A program made the position numbers and the translations under genes. A stretch of DNA of 47,037 nt from assembly GCA_002269645.1 (NCBI GenBank), contig NIVC01004400.1, forward strand, positions 1 to 47,037. Direction: 5' to 3'. How positions within the stretch are numbered: position 1 is the first letter of the stretch; every line of letters starts with the position of its first letter. The stretch comes from Macrostomum lignano (lineage: Eukaryota). Below are positions 33,898-41,881 of the stretch, piece by piece. Under the pieces are notes generated by a model, which searched no databases, was not told the DNA's origin, and worked only from the letters and a program-made list of their open reading frames with translations.

Positions 33898-33960
33898 GGA
33901 TGCGGCAGGTGACAGGCGGATCAACGCCGCGCACATCCGCGATCCGCGACAGTTCAGTTG
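33898..33960 (-). CDS. Probable upstream exon of the FERM gene (63 nt, phase-symmetric); reading frame uncertain
   Basis: ctcattcccgcatag acceptor and atcc|gtgagc donor; the phase-0 reading QLNCRGSRMCAALIRLSPAAS joins in frame to exon 32860 but shows little FERM beta-1 similarity. Confidence 0.45.
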
Positions 33961-34104
33961 CTATGCGGGAATGAGATGCAGCTAGCGGGGAGGCTGGGAG
34001 TTCCAGCTCAAGCCGCCCGTGACCAGCTGCGATAGGGGCGCTACAATTCCATGTGCGCGGTAACATTCCTTTTTGGGACTCGTGCATGGAGATTGGTTTC
34101 GGTT

Positions 34105-34228
34105 TTGCTGAGCAATTCTTGCCTGAGTGCCAACGCCAAAGGCACAAATCAAGCCAGATTGTACAGAACTCACCAACAATACCATTAGCAATTTCAGTCT
34201 TCGCATTAAGGGACCGTCTTTACAGGTT
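34105..34228 (-). ncRNA. Spliced-leader (SL) RNA-like gene or relic; SL exon 34228-34183, donor at 34182; 3' end approximate
   Basis: Minus strand AACCTGTAAAGACGGTCCCTTAATGCGAAGACTGAAATTGCTAATG|GTATTG: flatworm SL hallmarks (5' AACC..GT/ACGGT hairpin, 3'-terminal ATG, immediate GT), close to the recalled M. lignano SL (CCGTAAAGACGGTCTCTTACTGCGAAGACTCAATTTATTGCATG); downstream ATTGT/ACAAT stem, Sm-like ATTTGTG (34149-34143) and a further stem-loop. Confidence 0.7.
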
Positions 34229-34256
34229 GTAGGCTAGTGAGGGGGTTTTAGCTTAG

Positions 34257-34363
34257 TTATGGGTGGTAGCCTAATTATGGGTGGTAGCCTAATTATGGGT
34301 GGTAGCCTAATTATGGGTGGTAGCCTAATTATGGGTGGTAGCCTAATTATGAGTGGTAGCCTA
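34257..34363. repeat. Short tandem array, 18 bp unit (ttatgggtggtagcctaa), 6 copies, between the SL-like sequence and the SINE head
   Basis: Direct tandem periodicity; unit resembles the adjacent SINE 5' sequence (ggtgttgtagcctattgg). Confidence 0.92.
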
Positions 34364-34368
34364 GTGAT

Positions 34369-34607
34369 GGTGTTGTAGCCTATTGGTCAGAGCGTCGGAC
34401 TCACGACCTAAAGGTGGTTAGGGGTTCGATTCCCGATCCACTCGGAAAAAATTTTGTCCTTGAGCAAGACACTGAGCTCTACATTGCTTCAGTTCACCCA
34501 GCCGTAAAATGGGTGCCAGCATTAGCTGGGGTAATTGAGGCTGTGTGTGGCGACCCTGCCTGTGTAATTGGGGCAGCTGTAATTAATTATTATTATTATT
34601 ATTATTA
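34369..34607 (+). mobile_element. tRNA-derived CORE-type SINE (family B), apparently full length
   Basis: A-box TAGCCTATTGG, B-box GGTTCGATTCC (34423-34433), CORE-like tgtccttgagcaagacact...gtaaaatgggt (34455-34515, resembling the MIR/CORE domain tgaccttgggcaagtcactt...tgtaaaatggg), and a 3' (TAT)n tail (34581-34607). Confidence 0.8.
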
Positions 34608-34997
34608 CAGCTCGTACGAGTAGGAACTGGCCCAGATCGTACAGAAATTTATAAAAATCTAGTTTGCATTAGGACAGCACAATGTCGATCCCGCTAAAAG
34701 TGCATCATTTTAGTTTAGACAGAAGAATGAAGCCACCGTGGATAAAATAATTAAATGAACAAGTCGCAAACAATGGCTTCATCACAACCAGGGGAACAGG
34801 CAATTCAGCAAGTGTAAAATTAGCATTATTCATATGAAAACAGAAAAATGCATGACAGGGTTGAAGAGTGGAGAGAAAGGAAAGAGTGGAAACCAATTGA
34901 TTCTTAATTCAACTGCTGTAGACATGCAGTTGCAGTCTATTTTATATTTTTCTTCTTTGCTTACACAAGCCACTGCTATGCTCGCACTGTCTATGGG

Positions 34998-35100
34998 AAC
35001 ATAAACCATGGGAAGAGACGAGGGGGAGTCAAGACTAACGCCTGGTGATATCTTATTAAAATGATATCTAGACCTTGTACATTGCACACACAGTGCTGAG
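34998..35100 (+). repeat. About 100 bp dispersed direct repeat, copy 1 (copy 2 at 36329-36465)
   Basis: aacataaaccatgggaagag...gagtcaagactaacgcctggtgatat...tagaccttgtacattgcacacacagtgctg occurs twice. Confidence 0.9.
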
Positions 35101-35102
35101 CA

Positions 35103-35945
35103 TTGCTGGGCCAGCCTCCCAGATCCTCAGTTGCTGGGCCAGCCTCCCAGATCCTCAGTTGCTGGGCCAGCCTCCCAGATCCTCAGTTGCTGGGCCACTA
35201 CCTCCCAGATCCTCAGTTTCTGGGCCAGCCTCCCAGATCCTCAGTTGCTGGGCAAGCCTCCCAGATCCTCAGTTGCTGGGCCAGCCTCCCAGAGTGTCAG
35301 TTGCTGGGCCAGCCTCCCAGAGTGTCAGTTGCTGGGCCAGCCTCCCAGAGTGTCAGTTGCTGGGCCAGCCTCCCAGAGTGTCAGTTGCTGGGCCAGCCTC
35401 CCAGAGTGTCAGTTGCTGGGCCAGCCTCCCAGAGTGTCAGTTGCTGGGCCAGCCTCCCAGATCCTCAGTTTCTGGGCCAGCCTCCCAGATCCTCAGTTTC
35501 TGGGCCAGCCTCCCAGATGCTCATTTTCTGGGCCAGCCTCCCAGATCCTCAGTTGCTGGGCCAGCCTCCCATATTCTCAGTTGCTTGGCCAGCCTCCCAT
35601 ATTCTCAGTTGCTGGGCCAGCCTCCCAGAGTGTCAGTTGCTGGGCCAGCCTCCCAGAGTGTCAGTTGCTGGGCCAGCCTCCCAGAGTGTCAGTTGCTGGG
35701 CCAGCCTCCCAGAGTGTCAGTTGCTGGGCCAGCCTCCCAGAGTGTCAGTTGCTGGGCCAGCCTCCCAGAGTGTCAGTTGCTGGGCCAGCCTCCCAGATCC
35801 TCAGTTTCTGGGCCAGCCTCCCAGATCCTCAGTTTCTGGGCCAGCCTCCCAGATGCTCATTTTCTGGGCCAGCCTCCCAGATCCTCAGTTTCTGGGCCAG
35901 CCAGCCTACCAGATCCTCAGTTGCTGGGCCAGCCTCCCAGATCCT
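35103..35945. repeat. Minisatellite, 28 bp unit (ttgctgggccagcctcccagatcctcag / ...agagtgtcag), about 30 copies
   Basis: Direct tandem periodicity with an internal multi-unit duplication. Confidence 0.95.
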
Positions 35946-36328
35946 CGCCCGTAAAGCCTTCATTCTCTCAGCCTTTTTAACGCTTCATGGGCTTTCCCCA
36001 AAGCCAAATTATGCACCAGTGTAGCCATATAATCTATTTAATAAGCGCTTACTTTCTTCGATGCGAGCTGCAAACAGGATCTCCAGGCCTGTATTCGCAG
36101 CACACAATAGCCGTTGCATCCACTGTGAAATTATTCTATTATTCTATTTTTCGCCTTTACGAATTTCTGCCATTCAGCTCGCAGTGAATTGAATAATGGC
36201 TTTTATGTAGCTTTAAGAATAACTGCGAGGATTCGGCAGCTATCTGCCCAGAAATGCGCGTTTCTTCTCTGCAGGCGGCGGCTTGTCTTTTTTGATTAGA
36301 CTGCTACTGTCTGAATTGGCGATTAGTT

Positions 36329-36465
36329 AACATAAACCATGGGAAGAGAGGAGGAGGGAGTCAAGACTAACGCCTGGTGATATTAATCGTTATTATAATA
36401 ATATCTATAGACCTTGTACATTGCACACACAGTGCTGGATCCAGATCTTCACTTGCTGGGGCAGC
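36329..36465 (+). repeat. Dispersed direct repeat, copy 2, followed by a single unit-like sequence of the 28 bp minisatellite
   Basis: Aligns with 34998-35100; ccagatcttcacttgctggggcagc matches the array unit at 22 of 25 positions. Confidence 0.88.
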
Positions 36466-36580
36466 AATTTCTCGTAAAAGTGAAAAGCCTCGGGTCTTGC
36501 CGTTTGCCGGGAAAGGCACTGCTGCCCTGGTCCTGATACTAAATAAATATTATAAAATAATATTTGAAGGAGGGCTGCGG

Positions 36581-36837
36581 GCACCATGGCAACGCCTTCG
36601 GCGATATCGTCGCACTACCAACGCTGAATCAGTTCTGTCCACTCAGCTGGCTCCTGAGCACACACAAGAGCGCCAATACTGTACTCAGGCACAGCACTCA
36701 CACACAGGCTCTCACAGGGTGTACATCGGCCCTTGTGACTTCTGATCTTCAGGCGTGTGCACTCTCTGTGCCTTGGGGGCTTGGCCATCACGGGTGTGAC
36801 TCGCACGAACAAAATGAATGTGTTTGCGCACGGAATC
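36581..36837 (-). mobile_element. SINE family A copy, truncated within the B-box
   Basis: Aligns by eye with 12976-13261 (gctcctgagcac..gcgccaatactgtac..cagggtgtaca..cacggaatc). Confidence 0.75.
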
Positions 36838-36839
36838 TG

Positions 36840-37207
36840 CTCTGCCGCCCCCATCCTTCCCAACGCAAATTAAGCAACGGCAGGCGAGACCGCACGGTCT
36901 CAAAGTCGGCGACACAGTGCTACGGCGCCGACTAAATCCGCTCAAGGGCGAGACTCCGTTCGAGTGGGCACCCTGGCTGGTCGAGAAGGTCAAGGGCGAC
37001 TCGATGACCATTCGGCAGGGCGCCAGAGTTTGCAGGCGGCACTGCACTGACCTGAAGCGGGTAGCGCCGGATACTGAGCCCGATTTTCCTGCCGGGGAGC
37101 CCGCACCTCCGATCCTACAAGCTGCAGGGAGCGAACCCGCGACCTCTCCAATTGCGCTGCGACCACACCCCCGAGAGGCCAAGGTGAGAGTGAACTATAG
37201 GGTTTAA
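36840..37207 (+). mobile_element. Ty3/Gypsy LTR-retrotransposon remnant: integrase C-terminal GPY/F-type module
   Basis: Translation LKVGDTVLRRR..KGETPFEWAPWLVEKVKGDSMTIRQGARVCRRHCTDLKRV...LRPHPREAKVRVNY* fits the Gypsy integrase tail pattern (VGDxVL...PF/Y..V..V.G); no upstream RT/IN core and no LTR recognised. Confidence 0.7.
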
Positions 37208-38644
37208 CTATAACTCGCGCTTGGCAGACTGACGCTAATATCTTTGGGTGCACTTTGATTTTGCTTTTGCATCGCGAGCTTGCGAAAAGATTGTCACTCT
37301 CTGGCTAATGCACTATAATCAGTAAAATTTTGTTGAATAATGTTGCTTCTTTGCAATATTTATTTGTGGTAGCTTTCATTTTTAAAAAAACCTTTTGCAG
37401 TTGCACTTTTAATCCGATATGAGGAGAGATGTAGTGTACGCTCTGCGCGGTAATAATGTACGGCTGGCTTGGTCGATGAATTCGTAGCAATATTCTTATT
37501 ACGCAATACTCTCGTGCCTATAAATATATTGAATTGAGCAGTCGGCTCAGTTAAGTACATCGTTTTTCTCTCGCCAAAACTAAATAGCTAGTCTGAGTCA
37601 TTACAATCCCATCCCGATCCTAACTAAAACTTTTTCCCACACTCTACTCACGGGCAGGGAGAAGGCCTTCTTATTCCCGTCCAACAGTTGGACGTAGAAG
37701 TCCACCTCTCGGGTGGAGGCGGCGCTAAATATGCTGCACATTGTGACTTCCGCTGCCGAGCAAGTTTACAAGCTTTTTTAATTGCGGCGCAGTAGCACCA
37801 TAAATTAATAAGTTAACAAACAGATAAATCTAAAATTCTATAACAGATTCTTTTCTACAGATAATTCTAATAACTGGAAAGGTTCCAGTTAAAACAAATT
37901 CAAATTTGAAATGAATCAGAACCTATGGAAAGTCTCAGCTTAAAAAAGGCCAGCTTCAAGGCGACAACCACATTTGAATCATATTCAACGATAATTAGAT
38001 CACGGGAGATTGACGCCCGCAGTTTTATAGTTGAACAGGACAATGAACTAGTATGCCACAACAATGCTAACGGGATGCAGAAGTCACAGTCATCAAATGT
38101 GAACTCTCGCTAATCTCTCACCATAAGATAGGACACACAAGATTTATATTCTAATTAACATTTTTACTTTCTTGTAACAAAATTCAACGCCAATTAATGT
38201 AATTTAGGCGTGTCGGCTTGCTGCAATTGGTGATTACAGGCACTGAAACAGTCACGGGGCAAGAGGCTCTGGCCTGTAATAAGGCCAGACTTATGCCCAG
38301 TAGCACATGGACGCGACGTGGTCCATTCTTCTAATTAACGGAGTCACGCAAAATAAGATAAGGGAGAAAGAGGAGGGCGAGTTGTCAGGAATGCCTCGTG
38401 ATGAGGCATAATAATGCGGCTAGTTTGTCATTTTCATTGAAGTGGGAAAATTCCTGCTCGCATCCCCATAATCAGCAGAATTTTCCGAGATTGGCGGGGC
38501 TTCAGAGACAAAAAACACAGCATTGATTGAATGAGCACAATGCACACTGCACTGTGAATGCGATAGCTTGAAGATGTCTAACTCTGGTTATTGAATTTTG
38601 TGAGACAATGAAATTTCTGGTATTCTATAGAAGATTACTATGCG

Positions 38645-39545
38645 GGCACAGTGTGTGGGCACAGTGAATAGGGTAATGCGCGGGTACAGTGTGTAGGGGA
38701 ATGCGGGCACAGTGTGCAGGGGAAGGCGGGTACAGTGCGTAGGGGAATGCGGGCACAGTGTGCAGGGGAATGCGGGTACAGTGCGTAGGGGAATTCGGAC
38801 ACAGTGTGCAGGGGAATTCGGACACAGTGTGCAGGGGAATTCGGGCACAGTGTGCAGGGGAATTCGGGCACAGTGTGCAGGGGAATTCGGACACAGTGTG
38901 CAGGGGAATTCGGGCACAGTGTGCAGGGGAATTCGGGCACAGTGTGCAGGGGAATGCGGGTACAGTGCGTAGGGGAATTCGGACACAGTGTGCAGGGGAA
39001 TTCGGGCACAGTGTGTAGGGGAATGCGGGCACAGTGTGCAGGGGAATTCGGGCACAGTGTGTAGGGGAATTCGTACACAGTGTGCAGGGGAATTCGTACA
39101 CAGTGTGCAGGGGAATTCGGACACAGTGTGTAGGGGAATTCGGGCACAGTGTGCAGGGGAATTCGGGCACAGTGTGCAGGGGAATTCGGGTACAGTGTGT
39201 AGGGGAATTCGGACACAGTGTGCAGGGGAATTCGGACACAGTGTGCAGGGGAATTCGGGCACAGTTTGTAGGGGAATTCGGACAGTGTGTAGGGGAATTC
39301 GGACACAGTGTGCAGGGGAATGCGGGTACAGTGTGTAGGGGAATTCGGGCACAGTGTGCAGGGGAATTCGGGTACAGTGTGTAGGGGAATTCGGACACAG
39401 TGTGTAGGGGAATTCGGACACAGTGTGCAGGGGAATTCGGACACAGTGTGCAGGGGAATTCGGACAGTGTGCAGGGGAATTCGGACACAGTGTGCAGGGG
39501 AATGCGGGCACAGTGTGCAGCGGAATTCGGGCACAGTGTTTAGGG
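38645..39545. repeat. Minisatellite, 23 bp unit (cagtgtgcaggggaattcgggca), about 39 copies
   Basis: Direct tandem periodicity. Confidence 0.96.
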
Positions 39546-40573
39546 GAATGTTTAATCCATGACACCAAAAGGGGATCAATCGAGATATGGGACAGGATTG
39601 CAATTTTATTTATCACAATTTCGCCCTGCACCCTCTATGACGCCGAAGAACTGATTTGTCGAAAACACGTTTTCTTGATCATTTTAATAGCAGTGTCACA
39701 AATCGCAAATATAAATACGTATTAGCTTGCAGCCGAAGCTACTACCTTTTATTTTCTGAAAAAAAAACAATGTAAAAAAATGAAACAAGGATAATCTGTG
39801 GTGGAGTTAACTGTTACATCATTTGCGATCTGCTGCTAGTATAGTGGCCATCTGCTTCAGTTGTCCATGGCTTCAATATCACTCCCAGTATCAAAAAGTT
39901 GTTAGTATTATAAGAACTAAAAGCTGCGTGATCAGCGTAACAAGGAAATATCTGCATGACGACACGACCAGGTTAAGGACGGTGTACAAAGCTGTGTGCG
40001 GTACAAACGACAATAGATAATTCATGATAGGTTGGAATTGGGGTTAAACATTTTACGAATGGTGCAGTTAAGATTACAGAATAAGTGCGAGTAGGCGCTG
40101 AGGCCACCGAAAACATTTCTTTTCAGTCTCGAATGTGACACATGTAACTTCAAACGTGGCCTTTTTTACTGTGACTGATGTGAAAGCCCAACGTAATTAA
40201 AATAGTCGTCTGTGGTCTAAAGTCACCAAAAGTGACATAAGTAAAGCAAAATGAGGCAGCAGTTTGTTCAGCTCAGACAAGAGAACCAAGATCTACAACA
40301 CCAAGAGTCATCACGGGATGCCTTACACAAGAATTTTAGAGCTCGACTGTTCAGTTTACGTTCTGCTCAGTTTATTCTCTTTAGTGTTGAAGGTGCTCTC
40401 TGACATATACTGAGATTCTACTGAGATTCTATCAATAGACGCGATTGGCCACATTTGAAATCACTTGTGGCACATTCGGGGTTGAATAGATTTAGTTACT
40501 CTCACGTAATAAAGTACTTGTCTGAAGCGAGAGCATAGACAGACATTCAGTTCAGTGCTAGTCTGTTTAACAT

Positions 40574-41881
40574 TCAAACGCGACTGATTGGCCGCAGCGC
40601 GATCGTCTCGCCGTCGATGGCCGCCTGGCGCTGCTTGTAGGCGTCGCCGCCAGCCCGATTGCGACGTGCGGCAGCGGCGCAACGACGGCGACAGGCCGGC
40701 AGCTTGACCAATTCGTACAGGTCCTGCCGGAACCTGCTGTTCGATATGCAGTAAATAAAGATGTTAAGAAAGCTGTCTAACAAAGTAGCAAATTTGGACA
40801 TGCCGACGATGAGCGCGTCCAACTTTTTATTGCTAATCCGACCGTCCACTATCTTGCTGATGAACAGCGGAAACTCGAGCACTAGAAAGGTGACGCATAG
40901 AATTATCACCAGTAGGTTGCCTCTGGTGCCCTGCTGACTGGATTGTCCTCCTCCTCCTCCTCCTCTGGCGCTGCTGCCGCGGCCCTGAGAAGCAGAGTAG
41001 GACGAAGCGTTCTTTCGCAAGGATTGTTGAAAGCGGCGATGCCGGCGCAGGCCCAGTATAATGCGGGCGCTGAAGTAGCAGACGACTAGAATTGGGCCGC
41101 CAGTTTGGAACAGCAGCAGCGCGCCAATCAGATAGATATTGTTGAAGGCGCTGTAGAATGGCTGGCGCATTCGCATGTCCAGCGAGTCTAACGAATACAC
41201 ACCGTCTGGGCGCTGGCAGGCGACGCAGGTAAAATAGAAGAAGCGCGGCATTGAAATTGCTAGCGAGGCAACAACTATGGCCGCTAGGATAGCGTGAACT
41301 CGGGACACGCTGGAGAATACTTTGACAGGTTTCATAGCGCGGCAGACGGCTTCAAAGCGGAATGTTGAGATTAGCACAACCAGCCAGTTGCGACCGATGT
41401 GAAAGCTGGTCTGGAGCACAATCAGCAGGTTGATCAACACGCAGAATACTATGCTAGAGTCTATGCCGGAGAACGACAGAGCCGAGCTAAACAGACTGTA
41501 CTCGGTGATGTGATACATAAGGAAAAAGAAGTGGAAAAGAATTTCCAGCAGTGACAGCGCTTTGAGCAGCAGTACAACTATGCACTGCACAGTTCCGCTC
41601 GAGACATCCTGCTTACTGAATACAGCGAATGACAGCGCATTGCTGACGATATTCAAGGCGTTGAATGCGCAGAAGGCGGTCGAGTACGGTCTCAACGTGG
41701 CGGCAAAGTGGCAATTGCGCTGCTGGATAACGTCGCAGAAGTCAGCGGAGCCCAGGCACAGCAGGGAGTTGAGCGAGCTGGGAGCGAACAGCCAAGGATG
41801 GGTGGACTGAAGCTCGGACTGGTTGGCCGAGCACTGGCCAACGCTAGAGTTGCCAAGGCTGAAGTTGCCTATGCAAGGCAT
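40574..41881 (-). CDS. Intronless rhodopsin-class (class A) orphan GPCR, FMRFamide/peptide-receptor-like invertebrate group, 435 aa
   Basis: ATG in aaaaATG context; three N-terminal NxS sequons; seven hydrophobic segments; TM1 N, TM3 FRFEAVC (DRY position), TM4 P, ECL2 Cys, TM6 LEFP, TM7 NIFIY, helix 8 SRFR. Confidence 0.9.
   Translation of the reverse strand: MPCIGNFSLGNSSVGQCSANQSELQSTHPWLFAPSSLNSLLCLGSADFCDVIQQRNCHFAATLRPYSTAFCAFNALNIVSNALSFAVFSKQDVSSGTVQCIVVLLLKALSLLEILFHFFFLMYHITEYSLFSSALSFSGIDSSIVFCVLINLLIVLQTSFHIGRNWLVVLISTFRFEAVCRAMKPVKVFSSVSRVHAILAAIVVASLAISMPRFFYFTCVACQRPDGVYSLDSLDMRMRQPFYSAFNNIYLIGALLLFQTGGPILVVCYFSARIILGLRRHRRFQQSLRKNASSYSASQGRGSSARGGGGGGQSSQQGTRGNLLVIILCVTFLVLEFPLFISKIVDGRISNKKLDALIVGMSKFATLLDSFLNIFIYCISNSRFRQDLYELVKLPACRRRCAAAARRNRAGGDAYKQRQAAIDGETIALRPISRV

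Noticed and set aside
34174-34206. ORF MRRLKLLMVLL as an ordinary first coding exon or signal peptide of the FERM gene
   Set aside because: It lies inside the SL-like sequence, and FERM proteins are cytosolic; kept only as one possible cis-spliced reading.
38398-38404. Box C motif GTGATGA suggesting a C/D snoRNA
   Set aside because: No properly placed CTGA D box or terminal stem within about 100 nt.
3122-39725. Long ORFs in the track over repeats (e.g. 5236-6468, 10051-11676, 21185-22876, 23013-23711, 31802-32437, 35075-36024, 38588-39631)
   Set aside because: They are open in several frames and on both strands because the repeat unit lacks stop codons; most of these arrays lie inside introns defined by GT-AG junctions of real genes.
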